A stretch of DNA of 64,000 bases, taken from the NCBI RefSeq assembly GCF_009914755.1, contig NC_060925.1; one strand, given 5' to 3'. Positions 14,621 through 39,366 of this stretch are shown one piece after another. Position numbers and translations under genes: made by a program. The notes beneath the pieces were generated by a model. That model searched no databases. It was not told where the DNA came from and was given only the letters and a program-made list of their open reading frames with translations. Each line of letters begins with the position of its first letter. The first letter of the stretch is position 1. This stretch comes from the human T2T-CHM13v2.0 reference genome, Homo sapiens.

Positions 14621-15809
14621 AAGAATTACGAATGGATTTTATACCTAAAATTTTGCACTTGATTTAAAAAAAAACTGGTTCGTCTGGAGTATTTCATTCC
14701 ATGCTCCAGACAAACCAACTACTAAAAACACATTAAACTGTGAACAAAATCTGTCACTCATTTCATTAATTTCTCATTTTTTAGACCTACTGAACTATTA
14801 ATCATATTTCAAAGTTTACTCAGAAATGTGAGTTCATGAGGAACAAACACATTAAGCATCACTGTCACTGGCTAACTCCTCAAATCAACAATACCCTTTA
14901 TTTTTAGCCATGAAAACCTTGTGTCATGCAATTATTTTGCAGACAAATCTTAAATCATTTCATTGCCTTTTTATCAAGAAAAAAATAGTTCTAAATTCTT
15001 CTGAAAAACAGCTTTACCCAAATGGAATAGTACAAAGAATTGAGCCAAGAAATATCCAATTTATAAATTACAGAAACTCTCAATTTTAGGAAAGAATGCT
15101 GTAAATCCAATATTCATTGACCTATTGTTCATATCTTCTGCATATGCTGCCAATTTCCAAAACTAGGAACCCTTTCTTCACTTCATATTTTAAAATTATA
15201 CATGTTTAACATAATTTTTATTTATAAGACAAAGCTTCACCAAGACCAAATCTATTTTTATTTATAGAGTGTACTTGCTGGAAATTTGTATTTATAAAAC
15301 TTCTCTTTCATGGATTCATAAAATGAGTCTTTTGCTGATTTTGTTAATTACACATTAACAAGGAAAGAACATTCTTCAGGTATCTCAATTTTTTGTAGAA
15401 ATATGCCTCTTCCTATATAAAAATTAAAAGGAACCATTATTTCTGATTTGTTAAAATATGTAAGAAAAAAGTGACAGTTTGTTTTATCTTACTAAAATGC
15501 TTGGAATCAAAGTTTTGATTATCCAAGAGTTATATATTAAATACTTGATGAAAATACAGTCATTCAGCACTCAAAGGGTGGGAAGCTCAATTATTCAGAA
15601 AGCCTCAATCCTAAAAGTAAGCTTTAAGGATTTTCACCAACAAAATTCTCTTAAATACGTACAAGATGAACCTTCCTCAAATTTTAACCCAAACAATTAA
15701 TTTTGAGTAAAAATAAGAAAGCAAGTTATAAGAGAAAAATTAACACATTACAGCAAGAAAAAAATGGCAGTTGTCAGTAGAGAGGAGAAAGAACTACCAA
15801 AATACACAG

Positions 15810-17140
15810 AAGATCTGGAGATACACACTGAAGCATCTATAAATGAAAGGATACGTCTGAGATTTTCTCAAAATAATCAAGGGTTGAGAAGAAGCAAATG
15901 GGGGGATGAATGAGACAAGTCTGTTCATGTGTTGATATTATGGAAACCAGGTGACAGAGAGGATTTTTCATAGTATTCTCTCTACTTTCGCATATGCTTG
16001 AAAATTTCAATAATTAAAAAATTAAAACGACAAAAACAAATATGGAATTATTATAAACCAGTAGCTCCTGAAGGTTACCAATAAGGTTATGAGCCATTTC
16101 TTAATGGCCAAATTCAAAGGCCCTTTTCTTTTCTCATATAATCTCTCCATAGAATGACTGTATCACACCTTTGCTTAATCTCTGTTGTCTCTTATTTCCC
16201 AAACATTCTGACTCCTTTCCTCTCAATCTCTTTAGGTGTTTCTTCTTTCTTTGCCAGCCTCCAAAGTTTGGAGACCCCCAAAGTTCTTTCTTTTCAAACT
16301 TTATGGACAATTGCAACACTTTACTACACATATATGCCAATGACTCTCTTTCCACTCTTATCTTTCAGGGGTAATAGAAGTATATTTCCAATGCCATACA
16401 TTGAATTACAGTCACCACTTGGGTAAATAAGAGATCCCTCAAATTCTACTGCATCCTCTTCTTAGCTGCAGATGAGCAGTTTCAACTTTGCTTGATCTAC
16501 CCATTTAGATCTCCTACTAGCACTTCAAATTCTATATATCCAAAGCCCAATTCATAATCTTTCTTGACACTTCCCCACCAAAAGCAGTAGCTCTCCCTGA
16601 AGCTCTCTTTTTCTGCTAATGGTACCCAATCAACCATGTCTCAAAGTCATATCTGTCTGGGCTCCTTCTTTCTCCACCTCCTTTCAATTCTACTTCTTCC
16701 TATTTCTACTGCTACAAGCCCCTTTAGCTCTTACTACCTCTTTGCCTGGACTACGGCCAAGGCTTTCTAATTGGTTTTCCTTCCTCTGGTCTCTTCTAAT
16801 TTCAATCCATCACATAGAGTTGCCAGATTAATATTCCTGAAAATAATCTCTATGATATCACTCCCCCACTCAAAAAATCTTAATGGATCCCCTCTGGCTA
16901 GTAAATAAATTTAAATTCTCTAACCAGATAGTCAATACGCTCTATATCACCTAAGTACCAGTCAAACTCAACTTCCAAAGCATTTTATTTATCCCTCTAT
17001 GAAGGTACCTTTTTCTTTCTGCTAGCTACTATAGCTAACTTAAAGTAGGTCTTACTTCCCTTCATCATGTCAGCTGTTTGTGGGCAAGGGACCATAGCTT
17101 AATACCTTCCCATAGAAAATAACACAGTAAGTAATGTTTG
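15810..17140. mobile_element. L1M 3' end fragment (about 15810-16030) followed by decayed L2 (about 16080-17140)
   Basis: tacacactgaagcatcta...tttcgcatatgcttgaaaattt (L1M 3'); pyrimidine-rich L2 motifs (cctggactacggccaaggctttctaattggttttcc). Confidence 0.55.
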
Positions 17141-17263
17141 TGAAGGAAGAAAAGACTTCAGAATAAAAACAAATTAAATTTCAGCTACAAACGTATTTCA
17201 GTTATCTTTCTTGCAGATGTAGTCTTTCCAGAAAGAGTACATAAAATAAAATCTATTTATTAC

Positions 17264-17390
17264 CTGTTATTACATTTATATCTGGGTACTGGTTTTCACA
17301 CAGACCAACAGCTTTGCTATCTCTCTCAAAAGCCTCTCGCAGTTCTTTCTTGACTGCTGCCGAACCACATAATCGATACAGGCCTACTAC
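17264..17390 (-). CDS. SYDE2: SYDE2 coding exon 4 (RhoGAP arginine finger)
   Basis: Not in the ORF track; read by hand. Acceptor ttttattcctAG; [42 protein letters not shown]; donor CAG|GTAATA; 127 nt. GLYR carries the catalytic Arg. Confidence 0.95.
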
Positions 17391-18299
17391 CTAGGAATAA
17401 AATTATGGCCACATTACAGTAAATTTGATAAAGGGAAAATATAATTGCATTATAGATCACATGAACTTTGCAATCAAATATGTTCTGATGTCATTTAATT
17501 TTAAATACCTCAAATATAGCTTTTGAAGTCTCATTATATACTATGTTGATTAGTTTAATAAAAATATCCTATTCTTTCATTTAAATTCAAACAATACACT
17601 ATCAGTTCGGTAATGCTGGCTACCTATCTTAAGCAAAACACAATCCCTTCTTTTCAGTTTTATATGCTCAATAAAGATCTCCATGCCCCAGGAATGTGCG
17701 CCCTTTCACATCTTTTGTTCTAGACTGAAGTAGTACAGCACAGACACTGAACAAGGGTTTTGGAGTCATAAAGCCCCACTGCTTGCTTCATGAATTTGGG
17801 CAAGTTATTTAATCTCTTTAAAACTCAGTTTCTTTTATCCTTAAAATAAGTATATAGTTGAAATAAGGTTCTAGTATACTATATAAAACTTTTTAAGAAA
17901 AAAGATTCTCAGGAAGACCCAGAAGCAAACCTAGGGTGTTTTTTTTTTAAGTTGTCAAATTAATTGATTATAAAGTGATGGAGGAAATTTAAAATAATAT
18001 ATTAAAGGTAAAATAAAACCTCTACTTCAAAATTTATATAAGATGCACAGACACTACCCATCCCACCAACCTACATTGAAAAGATTTGTCTTTAAACACT
18101 GTCATACAGGTTCTAAAATATTAAGTCTTAAGTTATTCACTATAAATTTACTTAGAATAAACATGATCTCTGTAAAGAGAAAACACGCCTGATTAAGCTA
18201 TCAAAGTTCTTTGAAAGAATAAAACTTCAAAAAAACTTGAGGAGAGAATAAGTGATTGTCAGCCATACTTCCACATCTAAGACTATTTAGAAAGCTCAG

Positions 18300-19100
18300 T
18301 CACTTTGAACTGAAGGAAAAATTTTGGAGAAATAAACTATTTAAAGACAGAAATAAAGTAAAAGTAATCTTCCAGGATTTGAATTAGGAATCACTGTAAA
18401 ATGCAATAAATGATCTAGAGGAAGAAGTATACAAATGAAATTTCCAGGGTTACTTATGATACTAATCTCTTCTGACTCATTAAAAAACTGATAGAATACA
18501 CTATAAGGTGGGTCTCAATATGAGAAAGTGTCAATAGATACAGGGAAATATTATCTAAAATATTTGAGATGATAAGCTATAGGTATTAATTGAAAGATAG
18601 TAAAGAACCTAAAACTATTTCCAAGAGGTGATAATGCAAGGTGCTGCTACATTCAAAAGGATCAAGATAATATGGGAAACCAAGAAATAGGAAAAAAATT
18701 CAAATTTCCTACCCTGATCCACATTCATGATGCATTCACATTGAGAATGGAATGAGTTATGCTGATCACATCATCTCAAGAAAGACACAGTAGAAATGTA
18801 GACAGTTCAGAAAATGAAACTAAAATATTAAACAGGATCAAAGGAAATGCTACCACAACAGAAGAAACGAACTTGATTATAGCCCTGCTGGTGTGAGCAC
18901 ATTTAAGTGTCATAAAGTACCATACAAACGATGTATCCCCTTAAACTTGAGAAGAAGATGAGCCTAGAACAACTTAAAGGAAGTACTACTTAACTAGTAC
19001 ACAATAAATTAATGGGATATTTTACCCCCAAAAGTTGAAATCACAAATATAATTTTTTAAAAGATGAAATAAAGGAAGGAAGATCTACTACAGGTACTTC
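18300..19100 (+). mobile_element. CR1/L3 LINE remnant
   Basis: gatcacatcatctcaagaaagacacagtagaaatgtagacagttcagaaaatgaaactaaaatatt resembles the CR1 ORF2 C-terminus as recalled. Confidence 0.45.
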
Positions 19101-19527
19101 AAGGAAAAGATATTTTAGGATATATCCCTACTTTCTGATGATGATATCTTGAATCAAACCCTTGAAGTACATGCTCGATGCCTCTATGAAAGACAGACCA
19201 TAAGTATGATCTCCATAGCAATTTTTCCCGTTTTAAGCAGGAGATGGGTGGTAGTAGCACTCAAAGCATTTGGAAGATGCAAAGACCCATGCCACAAACT
19301 CTTTGTATATGACTATCAAAGCCTATTTTCATGTTTACAATAAAAACCCAATAATACAAGAATAATTCCTGACTAAAAGGGTAAACAAAATTTAAGCAGT
19401 ATGCCAGTCTGTAAAATACAAGCACAATAAGCCTCTCTCTACTGGGGGTGGGGAAGAGGGGAGGGCAAGTGAGGGAGAAAGAAGCAGGGGAAACAAAACA
19501 AAAATGTCTTTAAAAAGTACAGTTCTA

Positions 19528-20579
<1,052 letters not shown>

Positions 20580-21210
20580 TAGATACAAGCAAGTAAGACC
20601 CACAGAGATTAAGTGACTTGCCCAACATGACACAGCTAAGTAATAATGGAGGAGAAACCAGAATCCAGGTATTCTGTATCTTAATGCAAAATTCCATTAA
20701 CTTAGGCTGTTTCTATAGTTTCCATGTTAAGCTTAAGTTTATTAAATAAATATTTCAGATTTTATAATATTTACTCATTGTCTTTTAACTTAACTTTTCA
20801 ACCAATATTATAAATTCAGATAGTACTAAAGCAGAAATAACTCAACGTAATTTTTAGTCTTAATATGTATCACAAAAATTAGTATAAAGAATCAATATCC
20901 TTTGCCTATGTTATCAGCTCTGACTTTTCCTTTTAATGCCATTTTGAAGCAATCCTGATTTCTAATTATAAGACCCATGAAGCTCTGTGTTGCAATATAA
21001 ATTTGTGGAATCATCTAGCATGCTCTCAATAATGGACAACATGAGTCAAGTTAAAAATTATACCCTAAACAGTAATGGAATAAAAATAAAGAATAGGAAT
21101 GGTAAAATATCTAAATTTGATTTTTTTACATTACCTTGAATTCCTTCCCCCAAGACTTACAATTAATCAATCAATAAAGGAAGTAGTAGGGAACCATAGT
21201 AAGATAATAC

Positions 21211-22313
21211 CTGACAGCCTCTCTTTTCAATTTCCATAATACATTTCTGTATCAGAAGGGGCACCATCAGTCCTATATTTTCTTTCTCTACAACTTTTTG
21301 AATATCAACTCCAAATATTATTGGTTCTTGGTTTATATCTAGTCCATGAAGAGAATTCTCCCACTGTTCCATAAGAGTCACTTTCACATAAATAAGACCT
21401 CTAGGTTCAAGTTTGACAGCCAACTGATGAGTCTTTGTCACTCTAAATAAGGTGGGAAGAACAACAGTTCCATGACAACAAACTCGATTTTTTCTTGGAG
21501 TGGGTTCCCAACTGAATACTACTAGTTTCAAATGTTGTGCATTTTCAATTTCTATGTTGAAAGTGTGATCCATGTCTAAAAATGTTGTTCGGCATGTGAG
21601 CAAAGCTGTTCTTGCTTTGTTTACTGAATCTACCTGAATTGCACAAAAGACGTCTTTTGAATCTATCCGAGGTGGTTTTAAATCCTCAGCACCATAGAAA
21701 TGTACACTCATGAGCCCAGATATGTACTGTGAACACTTAGGTTGATCAGAAAAGCTATAATGCCTAAAAGCATCAATGTCTATTTCATTCTTGCTACAAC
21801 TATTTGAAATTATTTCTTTTCCTTTTCCAAATTTGTTTTCAGATCCATGTTTGCTAGCTTTAGTTGTAAGTTCAGGTGAGTCTCCATCACTAAGGTAACC
21901 ACCTTTGCAGGAATACTTAGAACTCATAGAGTTTTTCTTCTGGTAGCTCTGCTGGGAGGATACACTGGTATCAAGATGGTATCGGCTTATAACATTCCTC
22001 TTAGCAGCGGTGGTTGTGTTCCCAGAGGGCAGAATATCAGTATGATGAATTTCTCGGCAGTTATATTTAGACAAAGAAGGAGTATTATCTGGACTGTTTA
22101 TATAATTCAATGTTCCCTTAACGCTTAGCTTTCGGCTAAATTCTGGCAACTTTTTCATTTTCATGGAAAGTTTCCTCACAGTTCGTGGAGATTTTATTTT
22201 ATCTGGCAATGACCAATTAATTGAACTGCCTTTTTTCACAGGGCTAGGATTTGGAGAAGATGGTTCCATAATTCCCAATTCAGTACTATTTGTAGCAGCC
22301 AGGATCCCAGAAC
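21211..22313 (-). CDS. SYDE2: SYDE2 coding exon 3 (C2 domain and start of RhoGAP)
   Basis: Acceptor ctttcttttaAG; [20 protein letters not shown]...IEKRGCQ. Motifs [20 protein letters not shown] and [10 protein letters not shown], a C2-like beta region, and IFGVDI...VPLLIQKC (RhoGAP start). Donor CAG|GTATTA; 1103 nt, ends in phase 0. Confidence 0.96.
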
Positions 22314-23719
22314 CTTAAAAGAAAGAAAGAAAAACACGTTATAAAGCAATATGTTTTGATTTCTTTTATTCTTATTTTATAAACCATCAACTAAACAGGC
22401 TTTCACATAGGCAGAAATTCTTCTCTTATTTCATCTCAATGGGGAGATTTCATTAGAAGTTCAGGTCAACTTCCATCATGATATTCAAGCAGAATACTGC
22501 ATTATCCCAATTATTTAAAATTTAATTTAATTTTTCATACTTTATTCCTTATAGAGAAAGATCTAATAACCTCACATCAAAAGCTAATGTATGTAACACA
22601 ACATTTCACAATTAAAATGAGAAAAAGTGTTTATTCATTTTAAAAAACAACAAATGACCTTTCTTTAAAAAGTATTAATATTCTCCCTCCACCCCTATGT
22701 GTCCTAATGACAAATAAGTAGTTTCTTTATAGAGAAAAAAACTATTTTAAGTATGCCTACAGGGCTTTTCTATTAAGAAGATAATAGAAAATGGAGTGTT
22801 TGATAAACTGGATAAAGCATCCCCTTGTACTAAAATTATAGTACAATTCTACTGGCTTACTAGTTTGAAACATTCTAGAGTTAATCGGGGTCCTGCTTCA
22901 GTCTATAAACATCAATCTGTCTATTTTATCACAGCCTAGAAAAGCTATCCAGTATATTAAATTGCTTTAGATTAAATACATTATCACATAAAAAAACTGA
23001 CTCTTTTTACATACTGTAAGTAAATAATTTCTACTGAAGTCCTTAACTAATTATTAAAATGAAATACTGTACATGATAGCAACTTCTACTGCAGATAAAA
23101 CTGAATTTATTAAAGCCAAAATGCTTTGTTTTTATAAAACCCAAGAGTCAAAATATTACCAAATTCCACAGTCGCTTAAAATTAAACTACAACTATACTA
23201 ATCAAATCACATACTATCTTTAAAAAGAAGGTACAAAATAAAAATCTTTAAATATAAATTTATGAACTAGGCTAGAGTCGAGTGAAACTGGCACACTCCT
23301 TCAGCACCTAGAACAGTAACTGGTACATAGCAGGAACTCAATATTTAGTGAATAAATGAATAACCAATTGTTAGTTGCCTTGTAAACTGGCAAACTTTGT
23401 AGAAAATGCAACATAGAAATTAACAATAATAATTACCAGGCATAAACACCAAGTAATGATACTGGTAATTGATCTGAGTGAAGTAAAAAACATTATGAAG
23501 ATCACTGCAATAGCACTGGAAACAATCTATCAACACCTAACATTAAGGAAACAGTCAAATAGATTAGGGCACATCAACGCAGTTAAATACTGTACTACAA
23601 TGCTTGAGAAACAATACTACCCTACATGTAACAATGCAAGATGAAGATACCAAGTAAAAACAGCAAAAATCAAAAATAAAGTCCACTATGATTACAACTA
23701 GATAAAAGATACATATATA

Positions 23720-24010
23720 TCATGGTGGCTCACTGTTATCCCATTAACTTTGGGAGGCTGAGGCAGATAGGAGTTCAAGACCAGCCTGGACAACATGGCA
23801 AAACCCCATGTCTACAAAAGATACAAAAAAATTAGCAGGTGTGGTGGTGTGCTATAGTCCCAGCTACTAGGGAAACCGAGGTGGGAAGACTGCTTGAGCT
23901 GGGAAGGTCGAGTGTTTCTCAGGCTGGGAGGCTACAGTGAGCCGTGATTGTGCCACTTGCACTCCACCCTGGGAAACACAGAGATACCCCGTCTTAAAAA
24001 AAAAAAAAAA
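23720..24010 (+). mobile_element. AluJ
   Basis: Diverged Alu, poly-A, AAAAGATACATAT flanking duplication. Confidence 0.82.
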
Positions 24011-24511
24011 GATACATATGTATCTGGGAGTTAATGAGGAAAAAACAAGTCATAATTGTATTAGGATGAATTAGCTTTCCAATTCTCTGATCAAAAATTA
24101 TTTTGAAATTCAACCATTTTCTTTGCCAATTTCTCAACAGCTTTCTGCCAATACTGCTAAGAAATAGATCACTTTAGGTAACGGTTTTTCCACCAAAATA
24201 AAACAACAAAAAAAGATGACTTATAAATAAACTGTCTAAATATTTCCTTTGGTCAATTTAGGATTTTTGACCAAAAAATATTTTAATTATATATTATCAT
24301 ATATTTTACAATATTAAATGTAAATATTTAATATTTATAATATATATTTATATTATTTTATAATTATAAATATATTTTAATTATATATTTATGAGAAGAA
24401 TGACAGTAAAAAAGGAGATAGTAAAAAAAGCAGATATAGCATACTTTTAAGTTGTGTTTTTAAAAAAATGTCTGTTAGTCTTTCCAGGTTCACAATTTGC
24501 CACAAACATTA

Positions 24512-27143
<2,632 letters not shown>

Positions 27144-27639
27144 AAAAAAAAAGTTTAAGGATAGTCACTTAAATCAAGGTGTGTGTCACTTCATGAACAC
27201 CAACTTTCTATCTTTGCTCTTATCCTTACACTCTCTTGCCTTCTCTGAACTATTCTATATCCGTCGCTATCTGTGATACTATAGCCTTCCCTATCACTCC
27301 ACCCTGATCACAATCTGCATTCCAAATTACTATTCTATATAGTATTTATTTCTTTCCCCATCCAGATTACAAAAGCAGCACACATTTGCTCTGGAGAATT
27401 AGCCTATAATTAGAAATGCACAAAGAAAAAAATTTAATTACCTTCAATCTCAACACCCAGAAAAAAATAAAAACAAATAAAAAAACACAACATTTCCAGG
27501 ACATCTTTCAGCTTTTCTTTCAAAATTGCCATCATACAGTACACATTGTTTTGGAACTTCCTTTTTCTCTTAATATACATTTACTCCACCTTCCTATGTC
27601 CCTGAGAAAAGGTTTGTCCCTGAGAAAAGGTTTTAAATG

Positions 27640-28010
27640 TAAGTAGTTTATTTGCAAAGTACAGAAACATCAGCGAGGGAGCTGAGAAAATTCAGGGGAA
27701 AATTCAAGCTGAATTATCAAGCCTGCTATCACTACGGGCAACTGGAGCTTGACCTCATGAGAAAACTCTGGGAAACAACATAGAATATAAACTCAGAATT
27801 ATTCTGCCCAAGGGTTGAGGGAGATGACGTAGTTCTATACCAGCTCTTGTGAGTCACTGGTTGAGAGGCACGCCGAGGCTGCCCTGCAGAGATTCTCTAA
27901 GACTTCAGAGAAAGTCCTTAAGCAGAGGTGAAGATGTTGGTGGCTGGAAATAGGCTTCTCCCATTTAAATAGTAATAAAACCCAGGGGATATAAGACAAA
28001 GCACTGACAG
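27640..28010. mobile_element. ERVL LTR33-like remnant containing an AP-1 site (TGAGTCA 27850-27856)
   Basis: gcaactggagcttgacc...aaactctggg...tataccagctcttgtgagtcactggttgagagg matches my recollection of LTR33. Confidence 0.5.
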
Positions 28011-28661
28011 CATCTCCTATACCCCACATCTTTAAATATTCTGCATCATTTGAAATTCTGTAAATTAAAATGACTTGATATAAAACAGAACTGCTTTCTA
28101 TTCTACATTTGATATTTGCAAGCAAATGTGCCTTATGTTCTGTTTCCTGGGTAGTGTGTCTGGGACTAAAAGAAGCACATCAGAAAATTAAAGGCAATTT
28201 TTGTACATCAAAAACTTTTGAATATTCACAATTTCAAATGGGTCAACCTAATATACATAAAACTTCAATTATTTCATTTTTACGTTCCATAACTACTGTA
28301 GCACTTATTTTCAAATGGGTCAACCTAATCTACATAAAACTTCAATTACTTCATTTTTCAGTTCCATAACTACTGTAGCACGTATTTGCAAGGGACTTAC
28401 TTCTACTTCTCATTTCTTTCTCTCTTCTTTCTTTTGCTCATGAGGAAACTTACACATAAAAAACACAAACTAATGACCACTGGTACACTAAAAACAAAAC
28501 TTTTCAGCTGTGGCCAGGCCAGGTGTGAATGAATGAATGAATGAAGCAAAATAAGACTTACTTTTTCTTCAACTCCCTATGATTTCTTGCTTCCAACTAA
28601 TAGGCAAGCAATTACTGTCTCAAAGGATTGACATATTAAAGCACACCAGATTATAAAGTCA

Positions 28662-28965
<304 letters not shown>

Positions 28966-29171
28966 AATCAAGTCTGTGATAGTAATAATTAAACCAGCGT
29001 GTACGTTAAAATGTTTATAAAACTTTTTGAGTTTTATTTTCATGAAAATATATTCACTTCACAAGAAAAAGTACATGAATATAACAAACATCTTTTATAT
29101 TTAGTTTTAGCTATTATCAAATAATTCAAAAATGGAAGAAGAAAGAAAGACACATATATGATCATTTTTAC

Positions 29172-29867
29172 CTGCAAAAGGAGATTTCAACATGGGACTG
29201 TCCTCCACCATTATACCTTCTTGTGTCTTGTGTCCTAGCTTTTGCTTGTACTGCTGCACAAATTCTGTGGAATGGGCAGGATGTATAGGATTCATTCCAT
29301 TTGACCGTGTGGTCTGAATATCACCTGCATGTTCGGAAGAGCACAGTGAGTCTTCAGTATGCCGCTCTGCTTTCATCAGGTCACTGCCAGACAACATGCT
29401 CAAATTGACAGCAGGGAGCTTCAGAACAGCAGAGTCGGCCTCACCAAAACTCAAGGCACTTGATATACCAAGGTCATCATCCTCAGGAATGGGATTGTAC
29501 CATATTTCTCCTTCATCATCTGCATCATTTTCCTCATTAAAATCTAAAGCACAGTTTTTCGATAATGAAGAGTTTGTAGCGTTACATACCACATATGTAC
29601 AGTACTCTTTAGATGATTTGAGGAAAGACTGTGATAGCTGATGTTTAGGTAGAGACACAGGTGAGATGGATAAATGACTTCTATCTTGGCATTTCTTATT
29701 TTCTTCTTCCAGATTAAGAGGCCTCAGAGTACTCTGATATAGCCAATTGCGTTTCTTTGAAACAGTGATGCTGTTAAGTGGCTTATGACCTCTGAATTCA
29801 ATATTATCCTTCAGCTCTTCAAGTTCTCTTCCCTTCATTGAAGACCCATAGGCATTTTCAAATAAAT
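29172..29867 (-). CDS. SYDE2: SYDE2 coding exon 2
   Basis: Acceptor tctttgcaacAG; G+AT gives [18 protein letters not shown]...KSPFA; contains the [11 protein letters not shown] motif shared with SYDE1; donor CAG|GTAAAA; 696 nt, phase 1-1. Confidence 0.95.
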
Positions 29868-30533
29868 CTGTTGCAAAGATAGAATAGAAGGTAGAATATA
29901 ATGGCTGGTATATCAGAAAGACATGTCACTTCAGACCAGTTATTTAAAAAAATTTTTTTAAACAAAAAGTAACAACAATCACATTCAGAGACTAAAATTG
30001 AACTAGAAAAAATTTGAATTTTACATATAAATATGATTTATATTATTTAGAAATCAAACTGCTAGTACAAGTGTCAAAGAATTCTAAGAAAAAGGATATA
30101 CAAACTCTGAGCCTGCCTTTATAAAAACTATAGTGCTAACAAAGCCTTACCCTAAGCAAAACATACCTTATAAAAAGTTTATCTAGAATGCTTTATTCAT
30201 AGTATACCTCTAATCAATATTTGAATAAGTTTCAATTCATTATTACAAGGACCAGAAGTCCTTAGAAATATAATATTCCTCCTACCCTTTTCACACAAAG
30301 ATTAACTTTCAAACCTAACAAGAAACTATGCCTTACTAATATTAAAATGTCAACATAACATTGGCTTCCTATCCACATAACACAATGGCACCTTATGTAG
30401 GGTTTAAGTTCTAAATATCTAGGGCAGAACTAAAAACAAAAATCCCTTCAGAAGGCCCCAGATTAGAAGCAGGTATGCTGTCTCACAGTATGCACTACAC
30501 AGCTATTATTTTTTTTGGCCAGGCACAAACTTA

Positions 30534-37068
<6,535 letters not shown>

Positions 37069-39366
37069 AGCAATTACTTTTTAAAATGTCTTTAAACCCG
37101 GCCTAAGATTCTCCCATCTTCTTTGCAACTTTGAGGAAGTTACTTACCCCGCTATGCCTTGTTGAAATTCACCCATATCCTCAATCCAAGCAATTTAATA
37201 GAATTAATTGGATCAGACCTTTAAAGAACTCTAGAGTCTCTGATCTTATGTAAACAGGGGCTTTTTTCAAACTCATGACGCCTTGGGTTTGAATCCACAT
37301 AGTAGTTTGAATCCATACACAGGTACCAACTGAGTGATCTTGGGCAAACTGCTTAATCCCTCTGTTCTTTTTCTTGTAGCTGTTGTTAAATGACAGCATA
37401 TCTCCATTTTGGGGGCTATAAAAATTGTATGAGAACCACCTAATGTATCCAGAATGGACTTAGTAAGACCAACTAAACTTCATGAAAAATAATTTTTTTA
37501 AAAAGCTCTCCAAATCTATACTAGATATGTAAACACTGCACAAATTATTTTCATCTCTCCTGAAAAATGAATTAGTGGTTTAAAAGGAAGTAACATCTGA
37601 GAGTTGTTTAAACCAGAGATTATGGTAGCTTTGGCTTAGATTTCTCATAAAATATCTAAAATATTATCACATAATAATTGTTTCATTTTAATTTCTAAGT
37701 TAGCAGTTTCATTTAATTAGTTGCTTAATGCAAAAATCAAATTCATTCTTAAAGGAACTATATTTATTACTTTAAAAATCCTTGAATGTTTACTACTGAG
37801 GGCATTAAAAGCCATCACATGGTAAGTGTTTTAGCTCTGTGACAAAAGGGTGAAAAATATTTGACTATTTTTTGTTATGGCTGAAATTCAACTATGGTAC
37901 CAAGAGTTAAAACTAAGCCAAAGGGGGGGGAGGTAAAAATATTGTGGCAATAAAATATAATAAATGATTACAAATTACTCCTGGAAATGCATGTTTAATA
38001 TGAACTTAGTATAAAGTACACCTCTCAACAAAGAATTTACATTCTATTATCCTTTTGTTCAAGTGAAATGGAATATTTAACCTTGAGAATAAAATTTGAC
38101 AGGTGTGTATTAGAGCCGTATAGACAGGAAAAAACTTTGCAAGTTGGCACACACTTTGAATGAATCATTTGATTTGTCTTCATTGTTTGATAAGAAGTTT
38201 TGTGAACTTTGTTTCTCCCCACTGTTGTGTGTTTATTGGTTAAACAAAGTTAATGTGTATAAATCCAGTCCTGTAGGATTTATAATTACTACCAGAGAAA
38301 CCGCCAAGTACTGTGAATACCTTTTACATTTCAGGATTTAATGTTTTCCAAATTATTCCTGACTTATAAGTCTTTATGATCACTAAAAATTTTTATATGT
38401 AAGAGTATTCAAAAGACCATGTTGTTTTGGCTCACTTTGAAGATATTATACTCCTTTCAGGAAAGATATTTTGATATTTACAACATAATTGACTGGTTTC
38501 TAGAATTGATAACCTAAACCTTCAGTGATAGTTAAAAATCATGCACATACAAAATAGGGAGCTTAATCCTATTATAAGGATCAATATACTTTTTAAAAAA
38601 CTAATTTACTTCTCTTATAAATAGGATTTAAGTTTGCAAATGACTGCTTTAAAAACAAAACTACCTGAGGAACATTTTTCTTTTGATTAAAATGTTAGTG
38701 TCCTTGATTTTTCACAATAAAAAGATTACTTTGTTGAGGTTTCTTTGTCGGGGGGAGGCAGGTGGAGAGATGGTGTATGTGAAATACTACCTGACTAAAA
38801 AATTCTACTTATGGTAGGGTTTTTTTTGTTTGATTTGTTTGGGTTTTTGGTTGTGTGTATGTATGCATGTGTGTGCGTGCCTGGGAGAGGCAAAAAAAAA
38901 AAGTTGTAATGAGTAAAATGACAGTTTATGAAGCCTATAAAATCTACCTTGAATCAAATTCAAATTTACAAACTCCACAAAAGTCTACGGATTTGCCTAG
39001 AGCTACAAAGAATAAAAATCAAGACAGTGCCGCCCATCTGTAAACCTACTAAAAGTGTGTTATACTTAACCTTTACTCCTTTAGGTAATACTTAGGGAAT
39101 AGACACACTGGTTTTTCGAGAAGAAATCACAACCTCAATTCTTCATGCCATTGTCTGATTAAAAAGAAAAAAAAAAGCAAAACGAGTAAATGCATTACAT
39201 TAAGTAACCCCGAAATTACTTTAAGCTGCCACTTACATGACACTTACTTTCGCCCGGTAACGTACCTGTCGCAAAAACATAACTTTTTCTTGGCTCTTAA
39301 GACAGAAGCCCAGTCGGTAAACAGTAAGGCTCGCGGTGCTAGCATTTTCATCGCAAAGTATCCTAC

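Noticed and set aside
13580-15700. Possible processed-pseudogene or 3'UTR insertion after the abrupt end of the L1M
   Set aside because: No poly-A tail, TSD or recognisable coding remnant found; source cannot be assigned without a search.
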